Below, piece by piece: positions 48,826 through 58,046 of a DNA stretch of 64,000 nt. The notes beneath the pieces were generated by a model. That model was given only the letters and a program-made list of their open reading frames with translations, had not been told where the DNA came from and did no database searches. The translations under genes and the position numbers were made by a program. The DNA is from an uncultured Verrucomicrobiota bacterium (GTDB lineage: Bacteria > Verrucomicrobiota > Kiritimatiellia > RZYC01): positions 8,749 through 72,748 of the forward strand of contig CAZISY010000001.1 in NCBI GenBank assembly GCA_964542025.1, read 5' to 3'. Numbering within the stretch: position 1 is the first letter of the stretch; each line of letters starts with the position of its first letter.

Positions 48826-49667
48826 TACAGGATCGTCGTCTTGGTCAGCGCCAGCATGGTCTTCCAGAGTTTGTCAGAATCTTTTTGTTCCAGAATTTTA
48901 TCACGGGCTTCCTTTTTCTGAAAAATCTGAGCCATGCCCGCGAGCAGTTTCAGGTAGAACGCGCTGGCGGCGGTGGGAATCACCACAAAGATCACGATGC
49001 GGGTCAACTTGGAGGCGTCGTTGTCGTATTTGAATCCGTTTTTGCTGGTGGCAACGGCGACGGTTAAACCGCCGCCTTCCACGCCGCGAACGTGCGGGAA
49101 GGCGAGGCCGTGGTCCAGCGCGGTGCTGACAATAGCTTCGCGTTTCAGAGCGGCTTCCGTCAGGGCGGCAGCATCATTGATGAAATTTTCTTTCTGCATA
49201 CGGGCGGCGAGTTCCGCAATGATTTCTTCTTTGGTCGTGGCCTCGCTGTGGGCGATCATGAGGTTCGGCGAGGAGAAACGGCTTAAGCCGGCCTGGACCT
49301 GTCCGGCGAATCGGTGCGTTTTCTGGGCGATGCGCGTCGGCAGTTCTTTGGAAGGGGCGTAGAGGATGCGGGCGCAGTTTGGGCAGACGTGCAGCTCCGT
49401 GGCGGCTTTGACGGCGTGTACGCGGCTGACCGGAAGGCCCATTCCGCACCCGGTGCATGTGCCGTTGGAAATGGGAACGATGGCGATGTGATGTTTGTTG
49501 TGCAGCTTGGTGAATTGGTCGCGGATTTCAGAGGGGAGGCTTTCGAGGTAGGTTTCGATGGATTTGTTCAGCTGTTCCAGGCGTCCGTTGGTTGATGTGG
49601 CGCTTTGCTGGGCCAGCGCCTCCATGAGTTCCTGTAACTGGATGAGCTGATTGATGATTCTTTTCAT
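48825..49667 (-). CDS. PtsN-like PTS EIIA type-2 (nitrogen-regulatory) domain protein with an N-terminal C4 zinc-ribbon/coiled-coil domain
   Basis: C-terminus has the GLAFPH(V) phospho-His motif in an EIIA-2 fold. N-terminus has CTGCG...CPNC. Overlaps the fusion gene start by 1 nt (TAATG). Confidence 0.6.
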   Translation of the reverse strand: MKRIINQLIQLQELMEALAQQSATSTNGRLEQLNKSIETYLESLPSEIRDQFTKLHNKHHIAIVPISNGTCTGCGMGLPVSRVHAVKAATELHVCPNCARILYAPSKELPTRIAQKTHRFAGQVQAGLSRFSSPNLMIAHSEATTKEEIIAELAARMQKENFINDAAALTEAALKREAIVSTALDHGLAFPHVRGVEGGGLTVAVATSKNGFKYDNDASKLTRIVIFVVIPTAASAFYLKLLAGMAQIFQKKEARDKILEQKDSDKLWKTMLALTKTTIL

Positions 49668-49792
49668 GACAATCCTGTTTGAGGTTGATCTTGAAACGTC
49701 GTCACCGTGGCGGCGTATGCGAATTAAGTTGCTTCTCTATCATAAATTATCGGGGATGCAATGAAGAATCATGCGGATTCCAGGTTGAGCGA

Positions 49793-50701
49793 TTAACTGG
49801 CATAGAAGCGTTTTGAAATGCGTTTTGACAGGGGGTAAAGCAGGATCAGCAGCACGGCGGCGGGATAGCCCTGAGGGATCAGATACGCGCAAAAGGCGGC
49901 CTGAATCCACAGCAGGTTTCGGATGAGCGAGCCGATGAGGCGCGGGGTTCGGGTGGGGTTCAGGTGTGGGCCGAGCAGGTGTCCCGCATGAGCAGCCAGG
50001 GCGACGGAAACGAGTGCCGGCAGCATGGAGAGCGGGCAGAGGGGATGAGTGCCGTAAAATAAAATCCAGGCGATCAGCAGAACGCCTGCGGGGGCCCAGC
50101 GTTTGATGGGCGCCGGCTCCGTGCGGGTTTCGCGTAAGGCGATCCACGTCACGGCTGCAATGAAGAGGGTGGTGATCAGTGCGGCGGAGGCGACTGTTCC
50201 CGTCAGGTGGGGCGTTTGCGGCAGTGCGCCCAGCAGCAGGCCGACGCCGCGGCACGCGCCCATCACCAGCGGCCCGATGACGGGAACCGACTTCGCCGCG
50301 AAATTGTAGAGCAGGATCAGGCCAGTCAGCAGCAGCGACGCGTAAACAGCGGGGCCGCCGGAAAAAGCTGCAACAAAAATGCCCGCGGCGGTCAGCCCCG
50401 CGAAGGCATATGCGGCTGCGCGCGGGGTGATGCGTCCGGACGGGATCGGGCGGCTCGGGCGTTCACGGGCGTCTTCGCAGCGGTCGGCCAGGTCGTTGCT
50501 GATGAGTCCAGCCATATAGAGCAGGGTAACGGCGAGCATGGGGCCCGGGGCGTGAGTGAACGGAACAGGGTTGGGTGTGAGCGATTGAGCCAGAAAAAAA
50601 CCGGCCAGCGGATCGCCGGGCACGGTGAAAAGATTGGGCGGCCGAAGGAGTTGCATCCAGGCGCGCAGGGACTCGCGATGGGCGCCGGCGGGAGCCGTCA
50701 T
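49793..50701 (-). CDS. UbiA-family prenyltransferase
   Basis: NDLADRCEDARERPSRPIPSG (Asp-rich motif) and about 8 TM helices. The start is taken at MTAPAG, which forms an ATGA overlap with the upstream DedA gene. Confidence 0.75.
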   Translation of the reverse strand: MTAPAGAHRESLRAWMQLLRPPNLFTVPGDPLAGFFLAQSLTPNPVPFTHAPGPMLAVTLLYMAGLISNDLADRCEDARERPSRPIPSGRITPRAAAYAFAGLTAAGIFVAAFSGGPAVYASLLLTGLILLYNFAAKSVPVIGPLVMGACRGVGLLLGALPQTPHLTGTVASAALITTLFIAAVTWIALRETRTEPAPIKRWAPAGVLLIAWILFYGTHPLCPLSMLPALVSVALAAHAGHLLGPHLNPTRTPRLIGSLIRNLLWIQAAFCAYLIPQGYPAAVLLILLYPLSKRISKRFYAS

Positions 50702-51339
50702 GCGGACTCCTTTCGGCGCATGATCAGCATGGCCGCCAGGGGGAGAAGGATGGCTCCGGCGAAAGAAGCAAAAAAAGAGACCGCGCCGGAGGTCAGGCTG
50801 CCTGTGAGTGAATACACGAGGGATATGCCGGTATTGGAAAGGATCGAGAGAATAAAGAAGCGCTTCAGCGGCATTCGGCCCATACCGGCAAAGAGGACGG
50901 CGGCTTCTGCCAGAACGGGTACGGCGCGTGTGACCACGATCAGCCAATCGCCGGTGCGGCGGTAGAGCCGGTCGAGTCGGTCCAGGTCATGTTCTGAAAG
51001 CAGGCGGCGGCGTACGGCCGTGCGCCCGAAACGCCCCAGGGCATAACCGAGCGCGCAGCTGACCGTCATGCCGGTCAGTGAAACGAGCGTCCCGGGAATG
51101 AAGCCCAGCAGCAGCCCGCAGGCGGTACTCACGAGGCTGGATGGCGTCGGCAGAATGAAATCCGCGGCGAGCAGGCCGCCGAGAACGAGCGCGACGGTTG
51201 TCCGGTGTTCGCGGGCGGAATCCAGAAACGCTGCGGTCCAGAGTTCCAGGCGTTCTCCAAAGAGCGCAAAGGGAACCAGAATCAGCGCCAGGATTAACGC
51301 AGCCAGCAGACACCAGCGTATGGATTCGTTCTTGATCAT
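50698..51339 (-). CDS. DedA/SNARE-associated (TVP38/TMEM64) family membrane protein
   Basis: DedA family pattern (VTRAVPVL...). The start is taken at MIKNESIRW; the ORF track extends to 51366. Confidence 0.7.
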   Translation of the reverse strand: MIKNESIRWCLLAALILALILVPFALFGERLELWTAAFLDSAREHRTTVALVLGGLLAADFILPTPSSLVSTACGLLLGFIPGTLVSLTGMTVSCALGYALGRFGRTAVRRRLLSEHDLDRLDRLYRRTGDWLIVVTRAVPVLAEAAVLFAGMGRMPLKRFFILSILSNTGISLVYSLTGSLTSGAVSFFASFAGAILLPLAAMLIMRRKESA

Positions 51340-51390
51340 GGCCAATCCATTTTCGCCGCGCTCCAAAAGGCGGAAACGCGGTGGCCTGTT

Positions 51391-52914
51391 TCAGTACGAC
51401 TTGGCGAAGATGACGCGGCGCTCGCTGGGTTTTCCGGTGAAGATGCAGGTGCCGGGTTCCTTCGGGCCATCCATCGGAATACAGCGGACGGTCACGTTGA
51501 GGTCGTCCTTAATTTGTTTTTCCACTTCGGCATCGCCGCACCAGTGGGCATAGGCAAAGCCGCCGTGGACCTCGGGTTTCTCCGCATTTTTCGGGGTGAA
51601 CCAGGCGTAAAATTCGTCACGACTGTTGATGATGCGGGAATTTTGCTCGCGGTTTTTGAGGGCGCGGTCAAAGAGGGTCTGCTGGATTTCCTGCAGCTGC
51701 GCGGAAATAGTGGCCACAAAGTCGGCGCGTTTTTGTCCGCTGCGGTCTTTGGCGTCGAGGGTGCGCTTGCCGACGAATACGGAATCCTGCTGCATGTCGC
51801 GCGGTCCGATTTCGACGCGTACGGGGACGCCTTTTTTGACCCACGACCACATTTTTTCGCCGCCGCGCAGATCGCGGGCGTCGATTTCGACGCGTACGGG
51901 GAGGCCGTCGTAAGTTTGTGCGCGCAGTTCATCGGCCACGCGGTTGCAGTAATCCATCACGGCCTGGCTGTCGCCGTCTTTGTGGATGACCGGCAGAATG
52001 ACCACCTGCGTGGGGGCCAGGCGCGGGGGCAGGACGAGACCGTTGTCGTCGCTGTGAGTCATGATGAGTCCGCCGATGAGTCGGGTGGAAACGCCCCACG
52101 ACGTGGTCCAGGCGAGGGTCAGTTCGCCCTGTTCGTTTTGGAATTTGATGTCGGAGGCTTTGGCAAATTTCTGGCCGAGGAAGTGCGAGGTGCCCGCCTG
52201 GAGGGCTTTGCAGTCCTGCATCATCGACTCAATGCTGAAGGTGTTTTCAGCGCCGGGGAAGCGCTCGCCGGGTGTTTTCTCGCCCTTAATGACGGGCATG
52301 GCCATGTAGTCTTCCGCGAAACGGGCGTAGACTTCCAGCATGCGCATGGTTTCTGCCATGGCGTCCTGCGCGGTGGCGTGAACGGTATGGCCTTCCTGCC
52401 AGAGAAATTCCGTAGTGCGCAGAAAGAGGCGCGTACGCATTTCCCAGCGGACGACGTTGGCCCACTGATTGATGAGCAGCGGCAGATCGCGATAGGACTG
52501 CACCCACTTGGCAAACATGGCGCCGATGATGGTTTCCGACGTCGGGCGGACGACCAGCGGTTCTTCCAGCGGAGAGGCCGGATGCAGTACGCCTTTTTCA
52601 TCGGCTTCGAGCCGGTGATGCGTGACCACGGCGCATTCTTTGGCGAAGCCTTCCACATGCTCGGCTTCCTTCTGCAGAAAACTCATCGGAATGAACAGCG
52701 GGAAGTAGGCGTTTTTGTGTCCGGTGGCCTTGAACATGCCGTCCAGGACGCGCTGGATATGTTCCCAGAGCGCGTACCCCCAGGGCTTGATCACCATACA
52801 GCCCCGCACGGGCGACGCTTCCGCGAGATCCGCCTCTTTAATGACCTGCTGATACCACTCCGGATAGTCTTCCAGACGCGTGGGGTTGATTGCCGTTTTT
52901 TCCTGCTTGGCCAT
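51391..52914 (-). CDS. proS: Prolyl-tRNA synthetase (class II, archaeal/eukaryote-like type with C-terminal Zn-binding domain)
   Basis: The start is taken at MAKQEKTAINPTRLEDYPEWYQQ. Class II motifs 1-3 and a C-terminal anticodon/Zn domain. The ORF track's N-terminal extension reads through the palindromic repeats and is spurious. Confidence 0.9.
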   Translation of the reverse strand: MAKQEKTAINPTRLEDYPEWYQQVIKEADLAEASPVRGCMVIKPWGYALWEHIQRVLDGMFKATGHKNAYFPLFIPMSFLQKEAEHVEGFAKECAVVTHHRLEADEKGVLHPASPLEEPLVVRPTSETIIGAMFAKWVQSYRDLPLLINQWANVVRWEMRTRLFLRTTEFLWQEGHTVHATAQDAMAETMRMLEVYARFAEDYMAMPVIKGEKTPGERFPGAENTFSIESMMQDCKALQAGTSHFLGQKFAKASDIKFQNEQGELTLAWTTSWGVSTRLIGGLIMTHSDDNGLVLPPRLAPTQVVILPVIHKDGDSQAVMDYCNRVADELRAQTYDGLPVRVEIDARDLRGGEKMWSWVKKGVPVRVEIGPRDMQQDSVFVGKRTLDAKDRSGQKRADFVATISAQLQEIQQTLFDRALKNREQNSRIINSRDEFYAWFTPKNAEKPEVHGGFAYAHWCGDAEVEKQIKDDLNVTVRCIPMDGPKEPGTCIFTGKPSERRVIFAKSY

Positions 52915-53098
52915 GAAAAACTCCTCGATTCGTTGGGTTGAAAACAGTGGTGCGTACCATAATTGAACGCATTCTGATTGCAAGCCTTCTTCAAGGGATT
53001 CGGCGCGGCCTCCGCGGGATTTACGCCGCATTTTTCCTGATGAACTTATTGCACTTGGAAAACGAATCCGTAGGATTCTGCAGCTGAACCCAGAAGTT

Positions 53099-53236
53099 TT
53101 CAACGATTGGAAAAACGGCATCGAAAAGTTCCAACGGTTGGAAAAACGCCGGCGGAAAGTTCCAACGGTTGGAAAAACAGCACAGGATTTTTCCAACGGT
53201 TGGAAAAACGGCATTTGAATTTTCCAATGATTGGAA
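53099..53236. repeat. Five phased 15-bp palindromes (TTCCAAC-G-GTTGGAA / TTCCAAT-G-ATTGGAA) with exactly 31 bp between centres, in the proS / efpL divergent promoter region
   Basis: Centres near 53105 (degenerate), 53136, 53167, 53198 and 53229. The last ends about 20 nt before the efpL GTG start. A possible half-site sits at 53056. Confidence 0.85.
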
Positions 53237-53256
53237 AAGGATGAGGAGAACGGATT

Positions 53257-53823
53257 GTGATTAAGGCATGCAATATTAAAAAAGGGGACATTGTGGATAT
53301 CGGCGGCACGCCGCATATTACGGAAAACGTGACGGTGCAGTCGCCCTCGGCCCGCGGGAGCGCCACGCTGTATAAGGTGCGTTTCCGGAATGTGCAGACG
53401 AAGCAGAAGGTGGATCAGACGCTGCGGGGGGATGATATCTTCAAGGATGCGGATTTTGAAACGCGCGAGGCGCAGTATCTGTATAAGAACGGCGATCAGT
53501 ATACGTTTATGGATTTGACGGACTATACGCAGTATGACCTGCCGGAAAGCGATGTGGAGGAGGCGACCCCGTTTCTGGTGGATGACATGGAGGGGATTTT
53601 GCTGCTGCTGTCTGACGGTCGCATTTTGGGAATTCAGATGCCGGACGTGGTGGAGCTGAAGATTACGGAGTGCGATCCTTCGATGCGCGGGGCGTCGGCG
53701 ACGTCGCGCACGAAGCCGGCGAAACTGCAGACGGGTTTGGTGGTGCAGGTTCCGGAATACATGTCCCCCGATGAAGTGGTGCGGGTGGATACGCGCACGA
53801 GTGATTTTTTATCCAGGGCGTGA
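53257..53823 (+). CDS. efpL: EF-P-like protein EfpL (YeiP family)
   Basis: The loop region QSPSARGSATLYKVRF is co-linear with YeiP (QSPTARGAATLYKMRF). GTG start with RBS GAGGAG. Confidence 0.8.
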   Translation: MIKACNIKKGDIVDIGGTPHITENVTVQSPSARGSATLYKVRFRNVQTKQKVDQTLRGDDIFKDADFETREAQYLYKNGDQYTFMDLTDYTQYDLPESDVEEATPFLVDDMEGILLLLSDGRILGIQMPDVVELKITECDPSMRGASATSRTKPAKLQTGLVVQVPEYMSPDEVVRVDTRTSDFLSRA

Positions 53824-55622
53824 GTATGGCTGCGGAAATACCCGTTCGAGGCGAGATGGATCCGGCGTATCAGTGGGATATTTCCCGGATTTACGCGACG
53901 TGCGATGACTGGGAACAGGATTTCGCGCGGATCGGCGAGCTGCTTGAACCGCTCGCGGCCATGAAGAAAACGCTGCACGATCCGGAGCGGCTGCTGTTGG
54001 CGCTGGAGCGGGAAGAGGAACTCTCGCGGCTGATGGACCGGTTGTATGTGTATGCGCATTTGCAGGAGGATCAGGACACCGGGAACGGGCAGAGCCAGAG
54101 CCGGATGGCCCGAGTCCGGGCACGCTTTACGGAAGTGCAGGGGCGGCTGGCGTGGATGACGCCGGAGATTCTTTCAAATCGGAAGAAGGATTTGCAGCAG
54201 TGGGTGAAGTCGGAGGCGTTCGCGGCGTTTCGTTATCCGCTGCAGAAACTGATCCGGCGCAAGGCGCATACGCTTTCGGAAAAGGAGGAGACGCTGCTTT
54301 CGAAGGCGTCGGATATTTTCGCGGCATCGGCCAGAACCTATACGTATCTGACGAATGCGGATCTGCGATTTCCGAAAATACGGGACGACCGGGGCGAAAT
54401 GAGTGAGATGTCGGATGGGCGGTATGTGCAGTTTTTGCTCAGCCGTGATCGCGGGGTGCGGCGGGAAGCCTTTTCGGCGATGTACGACACCTATGGATCG
54501 ATTAAGAATACGGTGGCGTCCACGCTTTCGAGTACGGTGAAGTATCACAATTACTGCGCGCGCATCCGGGAGTTTGGTTCGGCGGTGGAGGCGTCGCTCT
54601 TCAATGATCAGATTCCTGTGGCGCTTTACAGTACGCTGATTGAAACGGTTCGTCGGGAGCTTCCGCTCTATTTTCGCTATTTGGCGCTGCGGGCGCGTCG
54701 GCTGGGGTTGGAACGGCTGGATATGTACGATTTGTATGTTCCGTTGGTGTCGCGTGTGGACATGCAGGTGCCGTATGAGCAGGCGCGGGACTGGGTGCTG
54801 GCGGCCTGTGAACCGCTGGGCGATGCGTACAATGAGGTGCTGCGTACGGCGTTTTCGGACGGGTGGATCGATGTGTATGAAAACCGGGGAAAACGCTCCG
54901 GGGCCTATTCGAGCGGAAGCTATGAGACGCTGCCGTATGTGCTGATGAATTATCAGGGTACGCTGAATGATGTGTTTACGCTGGCCCATGAGCTGGGACA
55001 TTCCATGCACAGTCGGCTGGCGAATCAGGCGCAGCCTTCGCAAACGGCGGGCTATCCGATCTTCATCGCGGAAATCGCATCGACGCTGAATGAAGAACTG
55101 CTGCTCCGCTATTTGCTGAAGCAGGCCGCGGACCCCGTATTTCGGGCGTATCTGCTGAATCATTACTGCGACAGTTTCAAGGGAACGGTGTACCGGCAAA
55201 CGATGTTCGCGGAGTTTGAACGGATGATTCACGAGCTGGATGCCGACAGCCGCCCCCTGACACATGAAACGCTCTGCGGGGAGTATGGCAGGCTGAACCG
55301 CGACTTCTTCGGGCCGCAGATGGATGCCGATCCGCGCATTGCGCTGGAATGGGCGCGCATCCCGCATTTCTATTACAATTTCTATGTGTATAAATATGCG
55401 ACGAGCTTTTGCGCCTCGCAGATTTTCGCGGATCGCGTGCTGGAGTCGGCGGATGGTCGGGATCAGTATCTCCAATTGCTGCAGGCGGGCGGTTCGGATG
55501 ATCCGCTGGCATTGATTCGCCGGGCGGGGGTGGATTTAACGGACCGCGAGACCATGGAAGGAGCGTTTAACCGGTTTGGAAAGGTGTTGAGCGGGCTGGA
55601 GGCGGCGCTCGAAGGGACGTAG
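53820..55622 (+). CDS. pepF: Oligoendopeptidase F (M3B family)
   Basis: HELGHSMH zinc motif and M3 fold over 600 aa. The start overlaps the efpL stop. Confidence 0.85.
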   Translation: MSMAAEIPVRGEMDPAYQWDISRIYATCDDWEQDFARIGELLEPLAAMKKTLHDPERLLLALEREEELSRLMDRLYVYAHLQEDQDTGNGQSQSRMARVRARFTEVQGRLAWMTPEILSNRKKDLQQWVKSEAFAAFRYPLQKLIRRKAHTLSEKEETLLSKASDIFAASARTYTYLTNADLRFPKIRDDRGEMSEMSDGRYVQFLLSRDRGVRREAFSAMYDTYGSIKNTVASTLSSTVKYHNYCARIREFGSAVEASLFNDQIPVALYSTLIETVRRELPLYFRYLALRARRLGLERLDMYDLYVPLVSRVDMQVPYEQARDWVLAACEPLGDAYNEVLRTAFSDGWIDVYENRGKRSGAYSSGSYETLPYVLMNYQGTLNDVFTLAHELGHSMHSRLANQAQPSQTAGYPIFIAEIASTLNEELLLRYLLKQAADPVFRAYLLNHYCDSFKGTVYRQTMFAEFERMIHELDADSRPLTHETLCGEYGRLNRDFFGPQMDADPRIALEWARIPHFYYNFYVYKYATSFCASQIFADRVLESADGRDQYLQLLQAGGSDDPLALIRRAGVDLTDRETMEGAFNRFGKVLSGLEAALEGT

Positions 55623-55624
55623 GA

Positions 55625-55702
55625 TGGGGTGAGTGACGGGGTTCGAACCCGCGACCTAAAGAGCCACAATCTTTCGCTCTAACCAGCTGAGCTACACCCA
55701 CC
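55625..55702 (-). tRNA. tRNA-His (anticodon GTG) with encoded G-1 and CCA
   Basis: Folded by hand: acceptor GTGGGTG/CACTCAC with G-1 opposite discriminator C. D-arm GCTC-AGCTGGTTA-GAGC. Anticodon stem AAAGA/TCTTT with loop TTGTGGC. T-arm GCGGG-TTCGAAC-CCCGT. Confidence 0.9.
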
Positions 55703-55860
55703 GTCCTAATCCGGCAGAAAACGCAGGAAGATTAACGGTGATGCGGGAGAAATCAAAACAAAAGATAAAAAAAATGCCCGGTGGGGCATGAAAGTCGCTT
55801 GGCAAAGAATAACGGGCTGTGCATAGTACCCGCTTTCCAACAAAAAAGACGAGGTGAGTT

Positions 55861-56424
55861 ATGTATGATGTTTCTGAATTACGCAAGGGATTGAAAATTG
55901 AAATCGACGGCGCGCCGTATGAAATCACGGATTTCTCGTTTGCCAAGCCCGGCAAGGGCCAGGCCATTTACCGCTGTAAACTGCGGAATCTGCTGACCGG
56001 TTCCACGCAGGATAAGACGTATCGCTCCGGGGACAAGGTTGATCAGCCGGACCTGGCGCAGCGCGACCTGATCTATTCGTATCAGGAAGGCGAGCATTAT
56101 GTTTTTATGGAAAAAGAGACCTATGAGCAGGTCATTGTGGACGGCAGTGTTTTGAAAGATCAGCACTATTTCCTGATTGAGGATATGGAAGTCAAAGTGC
56201 TCTTTTTCAATGACGGCGCGATCGAAGTGACGCTACCCAACTTCATCGAAAAACGCGTGGCCGAAACCGAACCCGGGGCCCGCGGTGATACCGCCACCAA
56301 CGTGACGAAGACGGCCAAGCTGGATAACGGGTATGAAATCCAGGTGCCCATTTTCATCAATGAGGGCGACACCATCCGTGTGGATACGCGAACCGGAACC
56401 TACAACGGACGCATCAATGCCTGA
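55861..56424 (+). CDS. efp: Elongation factor P (Lys-type)
   Basis: KPGKGQA loop carrying the conserved Lys for beta-lysylation. Full three-domain EF-P. Confidence 0.9.
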   Translation: MYDVSELRKGLKIEIDGAPYEITDFSFAKPGKGQAIYRCKLRNLLTGSTQDKTYRSGDKVDQPDLAQRDLIYSYQEGEHYVFMEKETYEQVIVDGSVLKDQHYFLIEDMEVKVLFFNDGAIEVTLPNFIEKRVAETEPGARGDTATNVTKTAKLDNGYEIQVPIFINEGDTIRVDTRTGTYNGRINA

Positions 56425-57361
56425 TCAGAATGCCCGGGAGGTCCGCAGCGATTGTTCGCCGGCGTCCTATGCCGGAATCTTACAGGCCCGTCATCGTCTT
56501 CTCCAGGCGGTGCGGGCCTTTTTCTGTGCCCGCGACTATCTGGAAGTGGAAACGCCGATCCGTATTCCGCGTCCGGCGCTGGAGGATCACATTGACGCGG
56601 AGCCGGCCGGAAAATGGTATCTGCGGACGTCGCCGGAACTGCACATGAAGCGGTTGCTGGCGTCCGGCTATCCACGGCTGTTTCAACTGGGGCCGTGCTT
56701 TCGAAAAGGCGAACGGGGGGCGCGGCATAATCCGGAGTACAGCATGCTGGAGTGGTATCGAGCCGGCGTGGATTACCGGAGCATTTTGGAAGAAACGCGT
56801 GAGCTGCTCATTGGATCGGCCCAGGCGGTGATTGGTTCGAGCTGCCTGCCGGGGGCGTACGGCCCGATCGATATTGCCGGAGATTGGCTCATCCTTCCGG
56901 TACGCGAGGCGTTTTTGACGTATGCGGGATGGGATCCGGTGAAGGAACAGAATCCGCTGCGGTTCGATATGGATTTAATGGAACGCGTAGAACCGGCCCT
57001 GCCGAAGGATCGACCGACCGTGTTGATGGATTATCCGGCTTATCTGGGTGCGTTGGCGCGCCGGAAACCGGGTGCGGGGGAGCTGGCCGAGCGCTGGGAA
57101 TTGTATGTGGATGGTCTGGAATTGGCCAATGCGTATTCGGAGTTGATTGATCCTGTGGAACAGCGGATGCGGTTTGAGCAGTGCGCGGAAGGACGCGCAT
57201 CGCGCGGGCAGGACGTGTATGAGCCGGATGAGGCCTTTCTTGCAGCGCTTCCCGGGATGCCGGAGGCCGGGGGCATTGCCCTGGGGGTGGACCGTCTCTT
57301 GATGGTTCTTTGCGGGGTGCGCGATCTGGACCGGGTTCTGCCGTTTCGAAATGACACCTGA
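56417..57361 (+). CDS. epmA: EF-P (R)-beta-lysine ligase (PoxA/GenX)
   Basis: Truncated class-II LysRS-like catalytic core, co-linear with EpmA. Overlaps the efp stop by 8 nt. Confidence 0.85.
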   Translation: MPDQNAREVRSDCSPASYAGILQARHRLLQAVRAFFCARDYLEVETPIRIPRPALEDHIDAEPAGKWYLRTSPELHMKRLLASGYPRLFQLGPCFRKGERGARHNPEYSMLEWYRAGVDYRSILEETRELLIGSAQAVIGSSCLPGAYGPIDIAGDWLILPVREAFLTYAGWDPVKEQNPLRFDMDLMERVEPALPKDRPTVLMDYPAYLGALARRKPGAGELAERWELYVDGLELANAYSELIDPVEQRMRFEQCAEGRASRGQDVYEPDEAFLAALPGMPEAGGIALGVDRLLMVLCGVRDLDRVLPFRNDT

Positions 57362-57407
57362 CCGGACGCGCAGGCCGTACTTTGGCGGCGGGCAGGATGA
57401 AAACAGA

Positions 57408-57881
57408 TCAGGGCGCGAGCGGATTCAGAAAGCCGCTTTGCAGTTCCGCTTCTTCGATGGCCGTGACAATGCCGCTTTCAAATTCAATCCGCTTCTTTTC
57501 GTATTCATGCAGCTGATCCACATCGACCCAGACGGAATCGTTGACCGTGCGGTAGCGTCCGGAGGCATCTTTGACGCGAAAGGAGCCTTCCACACGCTGT
57601 TGATGCGGGGTGGTGTAGGTGTCGGTGTAGGACCAAACGGAAATGCGCTGCGTGGCCGTGATTCGGGTGTATTTGCGGTCGGGATCGCCGAGGGCCATGA
57701 ACACCATGTCCTCTGTGAAGCCGGGATTGACCAATCCTTTCCTGATGGAATCCTGAATTTCGGGCGGATAGGCATCAAATTCCGTCTGGTGTTTTTTAAT
57801 GCGTGAATCGGTGGTTGAACAGGCCGTGAAGAGCAGTGGGAGAAGAAGTACGGCTGAAAGCAGGCGGAACATTGTTTTCAT
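57408..57881 (-). CDS. Hypothetical lipoprotein
   Basis: Lipobox LLFTACS after MKTMFRLLSAVLLLP. No recognised family. Confidence 0.5.
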   Translation of the reverse strand: MKTMFRLLSAVLLLPLLFTACSTTDSRIKKHQTEFDAYPPEIQDSIRKGLVNPGFTEDMVFMALGDPDRKYTRITATQRISVWSYTDTYTTPHQQRVEGSFRVKDASGRYRTVNDSVWVDVDQLHEYEKKRIEFESGIVTAIEEAELQSGFLNPLAP

Positions 57882-58046
57882 GGTGCGGAATCCTCGTGTT
57901 TCGTTGGTTACGTGAAGCATGCTACGTTTTCACGGACGGCCTGCCAAGAAAATGTTGGGTTCAATTAGGCCAAGAAGTAGCTGCATGTTTTTCTTGAAAA
58001 GAATTCCGTGGGCGATCAAATTGAGATGGGATGTCGTTAGTGGAGC

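Noticed and set aside
51514-52941. 475-aa plus-strand ORF opposite proS
   Set aside because: Antisense artefact. proS motifs are clear on the minus strand.
54174-55475. 433-aa minus-strand ORF opposite pepF
   Set aside because: Arg-rich antisense translation. pepF has the HExxH zinc motif.
55760-55795. Hairpin ATGCCC-ggtg-GGGCAT preceded by an A8 run, upstream of tRNA-His
   Set aside because: Oriented as a terminator only for a minus-strand transcript, but no minus-strand gene ends there. Short 6-bp stem. Probably fortuitous, or part of the tRNA or efp promoter.
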